NCBI GenBank assembly: GCA_943348815.1 | Contig: CALQYT010000001.1 | Span: 12,488 to 76,487, forward strand | DNA length: 64,000 nt | Direction: 5' to 3' | Source: Candidatus Nomurabacteria bacterium | GTDB lineage: Bacteria; Patescibacteriota; Minisyncoccia; Phycocordibacterales; SBAW01 | Part shown: one piece after another, positions 15,278-24,952 of the stretch | Numbering within the stretch: the first letter of the stretch is position 1 | Layout: each line of letters opens with the position of its first letter | Notes under the pieces: generated by a model | What the model saw: the letters and a program-made list of their open reading frames with translations, nothing else | What the model was told of the DNA's origin: nothing | Databases searched by the model: none | Made by a program: the position numbers and the translations under genes

Positions 15278-15604
15278 ATGGCAGACGAACCCAAAGGCCC
15301 GACAGGCGTCGAAGATGGGCTCCTCTTTATCGGTGGGTTTATCCTGCTAGTAATCATCTGGTACTTTGCGGGCGGCCCGGGCAAGGCCGATCTCCGCGGG
15401 CTGTTTTTGGCCCCGCCGCCGCCGCTCGGCTCGGGCGACGCCTATGGCCCACAGTTAGGCAGCTCTACCCCCAACTCCGCCGAATACGTCCAGGCACCCT
15501 CGCCTGACAGCGCCTACCAACCCGCCCCTTACGCCTCGAGCACGTACACTTACACCCAACCTCCGTATGCCGAGGCCACCTACAGCGCTGCTGTACCACA
15601 ATAA
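15278..15604 (+). CDS. small membrane protein with Pro/Tyr/Ser-rich C-terminal tail
   Basis: One TM helix (LLFIGGFILLVIIWYFAGGPG), then a low-complexity tail ...YQPAPYASSTYTYTQPPYAEATY. Confidence 0.45.
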   Translation: MADEPKGPTGVEDGLLFIGGFILLVIIWYFAGGPGKADLRGLFLAPPPPLGSGDAYGPQLGSSTPNSAEYVQAPSPDSAYQPAPYASSTYTYTQPPYAEATYSAAVPQ

Positions 15605-16005
15605 TGCTTAACCCCTTCCCTCATTTGCTCGTATACGGATTCTTTGCCCCTACACTACTGCGTGTTGCGGCTGCCTTGGTGCTTTTTTATGTCGCCTATT
15701 TTTTGACCACCAAACGGCATGAGTTACTAAACACATCGCTCCCGCTCATCGGCAAACCGCAGCTCTGGATCTTGCGCGCCGCTGCAGCAATTGACGCACT
15801 CATTGGGCTGTCGCTGTTGGTGGGCTACGACACGCAATGGGCAGCGATCTTGGGTGCCGTCATTGCGGTTAAATGTTTAATCTGGAAGCGCCGCTATCCT
15901 GCCATCGTTCCTCTCTCCCACATAGCAAGCCTGCTCTTGCTGGTCATTTGCCTTTCTCTTCTTGTCTCCGGCGCCGGCGCCTTTGCCTACGACCTGCCGT
16001 TGTGA
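15604..16005 (+). CDS. hypothetical membrane protein (4 TM)
   Basis: Hydrophobic ORF whose start overlaps the stop of the previous gene. Confidence 0.45.
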   Translation: MLNPFPHLLVYGFFAPTLLRVAAALVLFYVAYFLTTKRHELLNTSLPLIGKPQLWILRAAAAIDALIGLSLLVGYDTQWAAILGAVIAVKCLIWKRRYPAIVPLSHIASLLLLVICLSLLVSGAGAFAYDLPL

Positions 16006-16020
16006 GCTATACTAGTCGAT

Positions 16021-16176
16021 ATGAATAACACAAGCCCTATTAATACGATTCTTTTAGTAGTCGTGCTGGTGCTCTTGGTTGGCGGCGGCGTGTGGTGGTA
16101 CCAGACCTATGGCCCGGGCGCACCTAAGCAAGAAGGAGGGGTACAGATAAATCTGGGCGGCTCAAACAATAAATAA
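16021..16176 (+). CDS. small membrane protein (51 aa), not in the ORF track
   Basis: ATG at 16021. Translates to MNNTSPINTILLVVVLVLLVGGGVWWYQTYGPGAPKQEGGVQINLGGSNNK; the TM-then-GPG architecture resembles the 15278 protein. Confidence 0.35.
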   Translation: MNNTSPINTILLVVVLVLLVGGGVWWYQTYGPGAPKQEGGVQINLGGSNNK

Positions 16177-16245
16177 ACAGAAGGGACGGCGCCCTTTCGT
16201 CACTTTAAATTGAGACCTTCTTTTGCTATAGTCAGTTTGTTTTAT

Positions 16246-16318
16246 GCGCCCATAGCTCAGTTGGTAGAGCGGCTCCCTTTTAAGGAGATGGTCCTTGGTT
16301 CGAATCCAAGTGGGCGCA
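16246..16318 (+). tRNA. tRNA-Lys (anticodon TTT)
   Basis: Acceptor GCGCCCA/TGGGCGC, D-arm GCTC-AGTTGGTA-GAGC, anticodon loop CTTTTAA, T-arm CTTGG-TTCGAAT-CCAAG, discriminator A. Confidence 0.9.
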
Positions 16319-16325
16319 CAAAGAG

Positions 16326-16709
16326 CTAGTGCATTAGCTGGCCGCCATCTAGAAGTATGACGAGCGACTGCCATTTTCCATAAAGGCAGAAGTCGGTAAT
16401 CATAGTGAGAACCAGGAGAAGAGCCAGATAAGAAACTAATCTAACCGAGTAAGGAAGGGATTGCATATAAGCTCCTCTGTCGACAAACCAAAAACTGACG
16501 AGCAATAACACAACAGGGATAATAGGGAAAAAATTACCTTGCGCAATCGCGGCAAAAGTAAACATTGCGTTCCAAAAACCATATGGCGCAAACAATCCGA
16601 CTAAAAGAGCAGGTTGAGAGAACGACTCCCCAAACAAAAAAGTAAAACCTAGGTACACTATAGTCACTAAAAACCAGACGATGAAAAAACTGGGTCGATA
16701 GTTACGCAT
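16326..16709 (-). CDS. hypothetical membrane protein
   Basis: Start at ATG 16709 (MRNYRPSFFIVWFLV...). Four TM helices. Confidence 0.4.
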   Translation of the reverse strand: MRNYRPSFFIVWFLVTIVYLGFTFLFGESFSQPALLVGLFAPYGFWNAMFTFAAIAQGNFFPIIPVVLLLVSFWFVDRGAYMQSLPYSVRLVSYLALLLVLTMITDFCLYGKWQSLVILLDGGQLMH

Positions 16710-16717
16710 ATTCCAAA

Positions 16718-17284
16718 TTATAACCTCAGCGCAAACCGCTCTAGCAACAATTCCAACTCCCCTACTCCGCGATGGGAGTCGTGATAAAGCTTTATTAACT
16801 GCCGGGAGAGATCCGCGTTTTTCATTTGGCGAGCTTTCCAACACATTAGGCCCGCGACCGCTTCGGCTTTCTCGCCCGCGGCAAACGATTGCACAAGGCC
16901 AAGCCACAATTTCTTTTTATCTTTTGCCCCCAGCGCCGCTGCGACGCCAAAAGTATCAAACTCCCGCCTGCCGGCGGGCAGGTCCATTCCTTTTTCTTTT
17001 TTAACTTCTTCGATTTTTGCCCCGGCCTTAACCAGCGCATCGCGCGGCCCTTTGAGCAGTTTCTCCTCCACAAAAATAAACGTATGCGGCGACTCAGCAA
17101 ACACCTCGAGCAAATCCAAAAACTCCTCTCCTCGCTCCCCTGCCAGCGCGCCCTCGAGCACAAAGGTTTGTTTGCCACCAAAGAGCGCAGGTGTTGAGGC
17201 AAGTGACACCAATTCTTCCTGCGAGATCCCCTCCCACTTTAGCTCCTCGCCCTTTTTATTTTTACCAATGGTCGCCAGTAACAT
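16718..17284 (-). CDS. DNA polymerase III delta-subunit-like protein (short)
   Basis: The C-terminal region ...LGAKDKKKLWLGLVQSFAAGEKAEAVAGLMCWKARQM resembles the HolA C-terminal domain. Lies directly downstream of polA. Weak call. Confidence 0.3.
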   Translation of the reverse strand: MLLATIGKNKKGEELKWEGISQEELVSLASTPALFGGKQTFVLEGALAGERGEEFLDLLEVFAESPHTFIFVEEKLLKGPRDALVKAGAKIEEVKKEKGMDLPAGRREFDTFGVAAALGAKDKKKLWLGLVQSFAAGEKAEAVAGLMCWKARQMKNADLSRQLIKLYHDSHRGVGELELLLERFALRL

Positions 17285-17288
17285 AGTC

Positions 17289-19661
17289 CTAAATTTTTAG
17301 AGGGTTCATCTCGCCCCAGTTTTTACCCACCTTACCCTCAACCAATATCGGCACCCCACGGCGTTTTTCTTTGGGCACCACACTCTCCATTATCTCTTTT
17401 ATTTTTGGTGCGTACTCCTGCACCTTATTTTTAGGGATTTCAAACACCAATTCGTCGTGCACTTGTAGCAACAAAATATCGGGCAGCTGTTTATCTATCT
17501 CTATCATCGCCAACTTAATGATGTCGGCCGAGGTGCCTTGGAGCGGCGCGTTGATGGCCATGCGCTCGGCCGCCGCCTGCACGTAGGGTATGGCCGATTT
17601 GATCCCCTCAAAGTAGCGCCGACGCCCAAAAAAGGTGGCGGTGTAGCCCTTGCGCGCCGCCTCGCCTTTTATTTCGTCGAGATACTCGGCCAACCGCGGG
17701 AAGGTCGCAAAGTATTGGTTATAAAATTCCTGTGCCTCTTTGCGGTTGGTGTTGAGCGACTGCTGCAATGCCATGACCCCCATCCCGTAGAGGATCCCGA
17801 AGTTGATAACCTTCGCTCGGCGGCGCTGCTCGTAGGCATCGAGCGTGCTGTTTTTGCCCTGGCCGGGCAGGCCAAACACGCGCGCGGCAACTTCGGCATG
17901 TACGTCGCGGCCATTTTTAAATATTTCAATCAGTGCTTCGTCGCCCGAAAGTATTGCGGCTAGCCGCAACTCCACCTGGCTGTAGTCGAACGACACCAAC
18001 TCCATCCCCTTGCTCGCCACAAACGCGTGACGGATCCGCCGGCCCAAATCACTTTTGACCGGGATGTTTTGAAGGTTGGGGTCGAGCGACGCCATGCGGC
18101 CCGTAGCCGCACCTATTTGTACATAGCGCGTGTGCACGCGGCTCTTTTTATCTAACAGTGCAGGCAGTGCGTCGATGTACGTACCAAGCAGCTTGCTTAA
18201 CTCGCGATACGCCAAAATGTCGTTGATGATGGGGTGAACATCGGCGAGCTTTTGCAATTCGGACTCGCGCGTCGAGCGCTGACCACCAGCGGTCTTCTTT
18301 TTGGTCGCGAGCCCCAGTTTGTCAAAAAGCACTTCGCCTAATTGTTTAGGGCTGCTGACATTAAACTCGCCGCCCGCCTGCGCATAAATGCGTTTGGCTA
18401 TTTTCTCCGACTCTTTGGTATATTCTTTCGAAAGTTCTTTCAAAAATTCTTTATCCACCTCGACGCCCCGCACTTCCATGCGCCGCAATACGGGCGCCAG
18501 GGCCAGCTCGATGTCCTCGTATACAAACTGGAGATCTTTTTCTTTTATCTCTGCTTCCAAATTTTTAAGAGCGTCTTCAAAATCTTCCGACTTGCCCATA
18601 CGCAGCACATCTTCTGTTGTCGGCTCGGCAATAGCGCTGTCGAGCACCGACACCGCGATTTGCGCGCGATTAAACAACTCCGGCGCAACACTCTTGGCAA
18701 AAAGTCCGCTCGTGGTTTCAGCTACAGGAGATTCTTGCTCCGCCTCGATTCCTAATATCTTTTTTACCCGTGGGACGAGCGCTCTAAACTCAAACTCCGC
18801 CAACATATCGAGTGCGGCTTTGGGGTGTGCGCCTTCGCGCCAGGTTTGGTTAGGAATTTCAAATACGATAGGTACGTCGCGGCGAATAGTCGCAAGCAAC
18901 TTACTAAATTCAGCTTCCTCTTTATGATCGGCAACGAGCTGCACAAAACGTTTTTGTACGGCGCTCGCTTCGGCCACCCCTTCCACCCCGTCTTTTTTAA
19001 TCGCCACAAAAATGCCTTTTAGAGAGCCGTATTTTTGTAGGAGCTTAAGCGCGCTCCCCTCGCCCACGCCGGGTACCCCTTTAATATTGTCGCTCGCGTC
19101 GCCCGCAATCCCTTTAAGGTCGGGCACGACCTTTGGCCCAAAGCCGTAGCGCGCGTTGACCGCCGCTTCGTCAAACATCACCGTATCGTTGAGTCCTTTG
19201 CCGAGGGTAAAAACCGTAACCTTCTCACCATCAATTAATTGCAGTGCGTCTTTGTCGCCCGAGGCAATTATTATTTCAAGATCTTTCTTTTTTTTAACCT
19301 GCTCAACAATCGTGCCGATGACATCGTCGGCCTCAAACCCCTTGTGCGAGTAAACCGGCACGCCAAAGGCCTCGAGTACGGCGGGTGCACGTTTAAGCTG
19401 TACCGACAGCGCCTCCTCGGTTTTCATACGAGTAGCCTTGTACTCTTTGTACGCAACATCTCTAAAAGTATCGCCGGGGAGGTCGATTGCGGCAGCAATA
19501 TAATCGGGCCGCAGGTCGTTGATAATTTTAATAAGCATCGAAAGCAGCCCGTAGAGACCGCCTGTAGGCACCCCCTTACTCGAACTAAAATCCGGCAGCG
19601 CGTGGTACGCCCGGTGCAATATGGCGTGTGTGTCGAGTATGACGAGGCGCTTTTGGCTCAT
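17289..19661 (-). CDS. polA: DNA polymerase I
   Basis: N-terminal 5'-3' exonuclease domain (LVILDTHAILHRAYHAL..., FEADDVIGT) and C-terminal polymerase domain (motifs A, B, C; ...LQVHDELVFE...). Confidence 0.9.
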   Translation of the reverse strand: MSQKRLVILDTHAILHRAYHALPDFSSSKGVPTGGLYGLLSMLIKIINDLRPDYIAAAIDLPGDTFRDVAYKEYKATRMKTEEALSVQLKRAPAVLEAFGVPVYSHKGFEADDVIGTIVEQVKKKKDLEIIIASGDKDALQLIDGEKVTVFTLGKGLNDTVMFDEAAVNARYGFGPKVVPDLKGIAGDASDNIKGVPGVGEGSALKLLQKYGSLKGIFVAIKKDGVEGVAEASAVQKRFVQLVADHKEEAEFSKLLATIRRDVPIVFEIPNQTWREGAHPKAALDMLAEFEFRALVPRVKKILGIEAEQESPVAETTSGLFAKSVAPELFNRAQIAVSVLDSAIAEPTTEDVLRMGKSEDFEDALKNLEAEIKEKDLQFVYEDIELALAPVLRRMEVRGVEVDKEFLKELSKEYTKESEKIAKRIYAQAGGEFNVSSPKQLGEVLFDKLGLATKKKTAGGQRSTRESELQKLADVHPIINDILAYRELSKLLGTYIDALPALLDKKSRVHTRYVQIGAATGRMASLDPNLQNIPVKSDLGRRIRHAFVASKGMELVSFDYSQVELRLAAILSGDEALIEIFKNGRDVHAEVAARVFGLPGQGKNSTLDAYEQRRRAKVINFGILYGMGVMALQQSLNTNRKEAQEFYNQYFATFPRLAEYLDEIKGEAARKGYTATFFGRRRYFEGIKSAIPYVQAAAERMAINAPLQGTSADIIKLAMIEIDKQLPDILLLQVHDELVFEIPKNKVQEYAPKIKEIMESVVPKEKRRGVPILVEGKVGKNWGEMNPLKI

Positions 19662-20131
19662 ATAACCTCAATATACCGCTCTTGTTCGCCCGCGCCATCT
19701 GCGGAAAAAGAGAGGTTGAGGTCAGCCTTGGGCAGCGCCGAACCAAGCCGCTCGGGCCATTCGACAACCACTAAGTTAGATGGGTCGTCTAAAAATTCTG
19801 CAGGTTTGAGTGCCGCAAACTCTTTTGGATTTTCTAAGCGGTAGGCGTCGATGTGCACGAGATTTTTAAAGCGCCGTTTTTGCCCCATGGGGTTGAGCCC
19901 GTCCGGCAACGCGTACTTTTTCATCAGTACATAGGTGGGGCTTTGTACTACCTCGCGTACACCCATTTGTCGTGCCAGCTGTTGTACAAACGTGGTCTTC
20001 CCCGCACCCAACTCGCCGCGCAGCCCAAGCACCACCGCCTTGGTATTATGGCGATCCATTGCCAGCATCGCGGTTACATTACGGACAAACTCGGGCAACT
20101 CAATCAAAGGCACTTTCTGCATGCCGTACAA
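19658..20131 (-). CDS. tsaE: tRNA threonylcarbamoyladenosine biosynthesis protein TsaE
   Basis: LGLRGELGAGKTTFVQ...SPTYVL...HIDAYRL are TsaE/YjeE motifs. Confidence 0.8.
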   Translation of the reverse strand: MYGMQKVPLIELPEFVRNVTAMLAMDRHNTKAVVLGLRGELGAGKTTFVQQLARQMGVREVVQSPTYVLMKKYALPDGLNPMGQKRRFKNLVHIDAYRLENPKEFAALKPAEFLDDPSNLVVVEWPERLGSALPKADLNLSFSADGAGEQERYIEVI

Positions 20132-20139
20132 TATACCTC

Positions 20140-21822
20140 ATGGTTGTCTTTGCGGATGCTGAAGAACAGAAGCGCTTAGACTTTTTACGTCGGCGCGAAG
20201 AGGAAGAGCTCGCGCAAGTACTCTCGAGCAAGTATGGCGTGCAGTACGTCGACCTGACGCTCGTCGCTATCAACGTCGATGCGCTGCGGGTTATTACCGA
20301 AGCCGACGCTAAGGGGGCCGAGGCTGCGGCATTTGGTCGAGTAGGCAAAAAGCTTTCGGTCGCCGTGCGTGCGCCCGAGAATCCCAAAGTGAAGGCGCTC
20401 GCCAACAAACTCACTGAACTCGGCTACGAAGTAACGCTCTTTATGTGCTCGCAGGAGTCGCTCAAGCGCGCCTACCAGCGTTACGCCGACCTCTCGTATG
20501 CTACCGAAACTAAGGCGGGTGTGTTTGAGCTTTCGCCGGAGGAGCTCGAGCAGTTGCTGGCAAAGGTAAATTCCCTCCCCGACATTGGCAAACTTATTTC
20601 TGAAGCGATCGAACTTAAAAAAGCCTACCGTATTACGCGCATACTCGAAGTGATTTTGGCCGGCGGGTTGGCGACCGGCGCGTCTGACATACACTTTGAG
20701 CCCGAGGAAAAAGCGGTGCGGCTGCGCTATAGGCTCGACGGTGTGTTGGTTGACGTGCTTACCTTCGATCACGAGACGTACCACCTCATGCTCAGCCGTT
20801 TAAAACTACTGTCGGGATTGAAATTAAATATCGAAGGCGAGGCGCAGGACGGGCGCTTTTCTATCAAAATCAAAGGCGACGAAATTGAGCTGCGCACCTC
20901 GATACTCCCGGGCAATTATTCTGAAACGTTGGTGCTCCGTATTCTTAATCCCAAAGCAATTGGCGTGCAGCTGGAGGAGCTTGGGTTTGAAAAAAAACTA
21001 AAAGAAAGGATCGAAAAAGAAATCAGCAAGCCAAACGGCATGATACTGACGACCGGCCCCACCGGTTCGGGCAAAACAACAACCCTCTACGCCTTTTTAC
21101 GCAAAGTAAATTCATCCCAGAGCAAAATAATTACGATCGAAGACCCTATCGAGTATCACCTGCAGGGTATTGTACAAACGCAGGTCGACAAAAAAACCTA
21201 CACCTTTGCCAACGGCCTGCGTAGCGCCCTGCGCCAAGACCCCGACATCATCATGGTCGGCGAGATACGCGACGCCGAGGTGGCCGAAACAGCCATCAAC
21301 GCCGCGCTCACCGGACACTTGGTCTTCTCTACCCTGCACACCAACGATGCACCGGGGGCCTTCCCCCGCCTTATCGACCTCGGCGTCGACGATAAAGTGC
21401 TCTCCTCGGCTATCAACGCGGTGTTGGCACAGCGCCTCGTGCGCAAACTGTGTGACAAATGTAAAATCGCGCGCGACGCAACTGCCGATGAGCAAAAAGT
21501 AATCGACAAATATTTGGCGACGGTGGTCGACAAAGCATTAGTGCCCCCAGAATCAAAAAAAGTTTGGGAAGCAGGTCAAAAACCCGACTGCGAACTCTGC
21601 CATGGGCGCGGCTACAAAGGCCGCATTGCTATTTTTGAAGCGGTGTTTATGGACTCGGCTATCGAAGCTATTTTGCGCAACAAACCCTCGGGCCGCGAGA
21701 TTTATGCCGCCGCCCGCCCGCAAGGCCTCCCGAGTATGCAAGAAGACGGCATTATCAAAGTCCTGCGCGGCATCACGAGTATGGAAGAACTCCGCCGCGT
21801 CGTAGATTTGGATACTAACTAA
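20140..21822 (+). CDS. pilB: type IV pilus / type II secretion assembly ATPase (PilB/GspE family)
   Basis: Walker A GPTGSGKTTT, Asp box, Walker B DPDIIMVGEIRD, His box, and the tetracysteine motif CDKC...CELCHGRGYKGR. Start at ATG 20140, after the tsaE start. Confidence 0.85.
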   Translation: MVVFADAEEQKRLDFLRRREEEELAQVLSSKYGVQYVDLTLVAINVDALRVITEADAKGAEAAAFGRVGKKLSVAVRAPENPKVKALANKLTELGYEVTLFMCSQESLKRAYQRYADLSYATETKAGVFELSPEELEQLLAKVNSLPDIGKLISEAIELKKAYRITRILEVILAGGLATGASDIHFEPEEKAVRLRYRLDGVLVDVLTFDHETYHLMLSRLKLLSGLKLNIEGEAQDGRFSIKIKGDEIELRTSILPGNYSETLVLRILNPKAIGVQLEELGFEKKLKERIEKEISKPNGMILTTGPTGSGKTTTLYAFLRKVNSSQSKIITIEDPIEYHLQGIVQTQVDKKTYTFANGLRSALRQDPDIIMVGEIRDAEVAETAINAALTGHLVFSTLHTNDAPGAFPRLIDLGVDDKVLSSAINAVLAQRLVRKLCDKCKIARDATADEQKVIDKYLATVVDKALVPPESKKVWEAGQKPDCELCHGRGYKGRIAIFEAVFMDSAIEAILRNKPSGREIYAAARPQGLPSMQEDGIIKVLRGITSMEELRRVVDLDTN

Positions 21823-22564
21823 AATGGATTTTAGTAAATGAATAGTTCGGCGTAGTTTGCACATACTCCCACTGCAAACCAGGAGGAATAATTTTTGCCA
21901 CTTGTTCTTTTTCGACTTTACCAGTTTCAAAAAACAAAACCGTTTTCCATTTTTTCTTCAAAATAGAAGCGATAAGTTCTTGATACGCAGCCAAACTTCC
22001 TGCCGGGTGCCAAAAAGATACCGGGGGTAAATGCGGAATCTCCTGCTCATTGTTGGTATCGAGCAAATGATCTTTGTCCCCGTACGGCAGGTCGGCAATG
22101 ACATACTCCGGTGCAGAAATACCAAGATCGTCTACATACAAACTTTCTACAAATTGTACTTTTGCCTTAAAGAAATCCGCATTATGCCTCGCCACCTCAA
22201 GCGCCGTAGGGTCGAGTTCAACTCCAAAGACTGTGACCTGAGGCACCCGCAGTTTAATACTGACGGCAATAGCTCCCGACCCACATCCGACATCAACAAC
22301 CGTGTCGCCATTTTTTATTTCTTTGAACAAAGCCTCGACCATTTGCTCTGTCTCACTGTTGGGAATGTATACTCGTCGGTCAACATAAAAATCATTTCCT
22401 AAAAACTTCGCTTTGTTAAAAAGGTATGCAAACGGCTCGTTAAAAAGCCGACGCTGTGCAAGACGTCGAAAAACTCCCACATCACTACCTGAATGCGTGT
22501 GCAAAGTTTTTATATCAGCATCCGTAATACCCTTTTCTTTATATTCTTTTATAGTTTCTTCCAT
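21815..22564 (-). CDS. prmC: release factor glutamine N5-methyltransferase PrmC/HemK
   Basis: SAM-binding motif VVDVGCGSGAIAVS and NPPY-like motif DLPYG. Confidence 0.75.
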   Translation of the reverse strand: MEETIKEYKEKGITDADIKTLHTHSGSDVGVFRRLAQRRLFNEPFAYLFNKAKFLGNDFYVDRRVYIPNSETEQMVEALFKEIKNGDTVVDVGCGSGAIAVSIKLRVPQVTVFGVELDPTALEVARHNADFFKAKVQFVESLYVDDLGISAPEYVIADLPYGDKDHLLDTNNEQEIPHLPPVSFWHPAGSLAAYQELIASILKKKWKTVLFFETGKVEKEQVAKIIPPGLQWEYVQTTPNYSFTKIHFS

Positions 22565-22588
22565 ATCTCAATACCTTGAACAATAAAT

Positions 22589-22622
22589 AAAAGGGAGCGA
22601 GACGGGCCCACTCCCTTTTTTA
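22589..22622. terminator. hairpin AAAGGGAG-N13-CTCCCTTTTTT between the cupin gene and prmC
   Basis: 8-bp stem flanked by T-runs (A-runs on the other strand); could act as a bidirectional intrinsic terminator. Confidence 0.45.
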
Positions 22623-22631
22623 CTAGGCCGG

Positions 22632-22979
22632 TTATTGGTGGAACTTGATGTCCAACTTCTCGTCGCCCTGGACGATGCCGTTGCCGTCGGAGATCGATAC
22701 GAAGGCAAATCCTTCCGGGCCGACCTCGTCGAACCCGTGCGGCTCATGCGGCGCCTTACAGATGACGTCGCCCGGCTTAACCGGCTCGCTCTTGCCCTCG
22801 GCAAGGAGCTTACGCGCCGTGCCGTGCGTGACGATCATCGTCGCAGCGCACGCGTGCGAATGGAGCGGGACACGACCACCCTTCTCCATGTTGATCTGGA
22901 GGAACTGCAGTCCGTGCGCACCCGGTAAGGGTGTAACGGTGGTTCCGGGGCATCCCGGAACAGCGAACGCCTGTTGCAT
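22632..22979 (-). CDS. cupin domain protein
   Basis: ...HSHACAATMIVTHGTA...PGDVICKAPHEPHGF... is a cupin two-His motif pattern. Confidence 0.55.
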   Translation of the reverse strand: MQQAFAVPGCPGTTVTPLPGAHGLQFLQINMEKGGRVPLHSHACAATMIVTHGTARKLLAEGKSEPVKPGDVICKAPHEPHGFDEVGPEGFAFVSISDGNGIVQGDEKLDIKFHQ

Positions 22980-23037
22980 GTGCTTTCTCCTACCACGGGG
23001 CTCTGTGGCCTCGCGTGCATGCAGTAAACGGCCACCA

Positions 23038-23067
23038 TTGACAAATGGCTAGTTTTTCAGGTATCTT
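23038..23067 (+). promoter_or_regulatory. sigma70-like promoter candidate (TTGACA-18-TATCTT)
   Basis: Consensus -35 element and a reasonable -10 element about 27 nt upstream of the ATG at 23094. Confidence 0.25.
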
Positions 23068-23093
23068 ATTTATCTACTAAACTTTTAGTTTAT

Positions 23094-23936
23094 ATGTTGG
23101 CAAGCGGCAAACCTAAAATAGATGACCTTATCGTTCGGGCGCTCGCTACGCGTCCGGCGCAGACCGCATCCGAACTTCTACAACAAATCGAGACTCGTTT
23201 AAAAAATAAACCAACCACCCAAGGTTGGTACAAGGCTTTGCGAAGACTTTTGGCACAAGAAGTTTTGATCAAAGACGGTCAGACCTACTCGCTCAACACC
23301 CGCTGGGTGCTCAGTGTCATACGCTGGGCCGAGCAGGCAGAGAAAACACATCTTATATCCCCTCCCTTTGAGCCTGTGCGACTGCCCAAAGGAAAACAAC
23401 GCATTACCTTCCATTTTAAAAGCTTGGTCGCCATGGACACCTTTTGGGGTCACCTGTTGGTTTATATAGCCTCACAGGCCAAGCGACCACCTACACTCTG
23501 GGCCTATAACCATCACTTTTGGTTTTATCTCGCCCACGAACAGTCAGAGGTTGAGTACAACAAAGGTATGCGCGAGTATGGGGTTAAAACCCGTATGTTG
23601 ATCGGTTCTGATGGTTTCCTGGACCGCTGGAGCACGGGGTTTTTTGACTCGACTTTTAAATTTTGGCTTCACCCAGTACCTTTGTACAAAGACGAAACTG
23701 CCATCTATAACTATCTGGATGGTTATTTTATGGAAGTAAAAATAGCTACTTCGGCTGCCAAAGCCATTGACCAACTTTTTAAAGAAACTAAAAACCTCGA
23801 TCAAATTTCTCCTCTCACCCTGATTCGAATTTTCCACAGCAACGCTCCTTGTACCCTCACCATCTCACGCGCAAAAACCCGTGGCGAGGCACTTAAGAGC
23901 AAAGTTGAAAAATTTGTAAATAAACCAAAAGTTTAA
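23094..23936 (+). CDS. hypothetical protein (possible N-terminal winged-HTH)
   Basis: ORF with no clear motif. Confidence 0.45.
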   Translation: MLASGKPKIDDLIVRALATRPAQTASELLQQIETRLKNKPTTQGWYKALRRLLAQEVLIKDGQTYSLNTRWVLSVIRWAEQAEKTHLISPPFEPVRLPKGKQRITFHFKSLVAMDTFWGHLLVYIASQAKRPPTLWAYNHHFWFYLAHEQSEVEYNKGMREYGVKTRMLIGSDGFLDRWSTGFFDSTFKFWLHPVPLYKDETAIYNYLDGYFMEVKIATSAAKAIDQLFKETKNLDQISPLTLIRIFHSNAPCTLTISRAKTRGEALKSKVEKFVNKPKV

Positions 23937-24024
23937 AAAGGGAGTACTACGACCTAAACATTGAGCTGTATAACGTTTTCAGGTTGGATTCTTTTGGAGT
24001 ACCGACAAAACAAGGAGACCACCT

Positions 24025-24630
24025 ATGCAGCCAGGTACCGTTATGGCGCAGGCCATACAAACTCTCGCCAAAAAGAGTCCACAATATTGTAATGGGAAAG
24101 GTTTGGGTTTTTGGCCTATTCCGACACTATTTCCCCTCTTACTCACGCATACCTTGCTTCTCCTACAAACGGAGATAAGCCGGCTCTATCTGGAGCACGA
24201 CCCATTGGCGGCACGACTTACTCACGCGCGGACACAGTTCTCTAAATTGTCGCACGAGGGTGATCTCGGCGAGAATCACACCGAATTATTCCTCGCCGAT
24301 CACCCGGAGGTACGAAAACTTACTCCCACCGTAACGGAGCAGCTCCCGTTTGCCGACTTCTGCCGGGGCATGCTCGCACTGCAAGACTTCGCAGAACTCT
24401 GTGGCGCCATCACTGACAACGAGATCGGCTCTGTAGAAGAGGCGCGTGCCTTGCAAGACGCGCGCATCGTGGTCGACGGCCCATACCTGCAAAAGCATCT
24501 GGTCGAAGAAGTCGAGCATGCAAAGGCCGCTGAAAAAATCAATCAGATCTTCTTAACCAGCCCTTACAACGATCGGTTCACTTCAGGCATAGAAAAACAC
24601 CGCCAGTTATATCTCCGAGCTTGTTCTTGA
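24025..24630 (+). CDS. hypothetical protein
   Basis: ORF; followed by an intrinsic terminator. Confidence 0.4.
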   Translation: MQPGTVMAQAIQTLAKKSPQYCNGKGLGFWPIPTLFPLLLTHTLLLLQTEISRLYLEHDPLAARLTHARTQFSKLSHEGDLGENHTELFLADHPEVRKLTPTVTEQLPFADFCRGMLALQDFAELCGAITDNEIGSVEEARALQDARIVVDGPYLQKHLVEEVEHAKAAEKINQIFLTSPYNDRFTSGIEKHRQLYLRACS

Positions 24631-24637
24631 AACGCAC

Positions 24638-24667
24638 AATCCCTCACTAGTTTGTGAGGGATTTTTA
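24638..24667 (+). terminator. rho-independent terminator (AATCCCTCAC-tagtttg-GTGAGGGATT + TTTTT)
   Basis: Perfect 10-bp stem followed by a T-run directly after the 24630 stop. Confidence 0.65.
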
Positions 24668-24952
24668 GCGAACAGATTATATCGTCGGTCAACGTTGCGC
24701 GAGGTGCTGTGAGGTGTAGAGTGAGTTCAGGAAGAGTATACCGCCAAGCAATACACATCTAGAGCAAGCTCTAGAAGCGGCAGAGAAATCTAAGGATAAC
24801 GCCCGCGGATTTGTATAAAACAAGTGCCGGCGCGTCCTCGATTAGATGCCAAACGGTTAAGCTGTATTGCTTGAGGGTATACTTTGCCCAAATAAAATCG
24901 CCCTACTGGGCGGTAAAACGGCTACCCACCAGCTTATCATAGTAAACACTAC

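Noticed and set aside
17538-19844. Multiple plus-strand ORFs (17538..17963, 18342..18927, 19239..19844) inside polA/tsaE
   Set aside because: All are antisense to polA, which has complete domain architecture. They are typical GC-rich antisense open frames.
20140-21822. PilB as part of the T4SS operon
   Set aside because: It is 17 kb away on the other strand and separated by housekeeping genes (ruvB, yebC, ruvC, tyrS, PBP, dnaN, dnaA). It is treated as a separate type IV pilus/T2SS-type ATPase.
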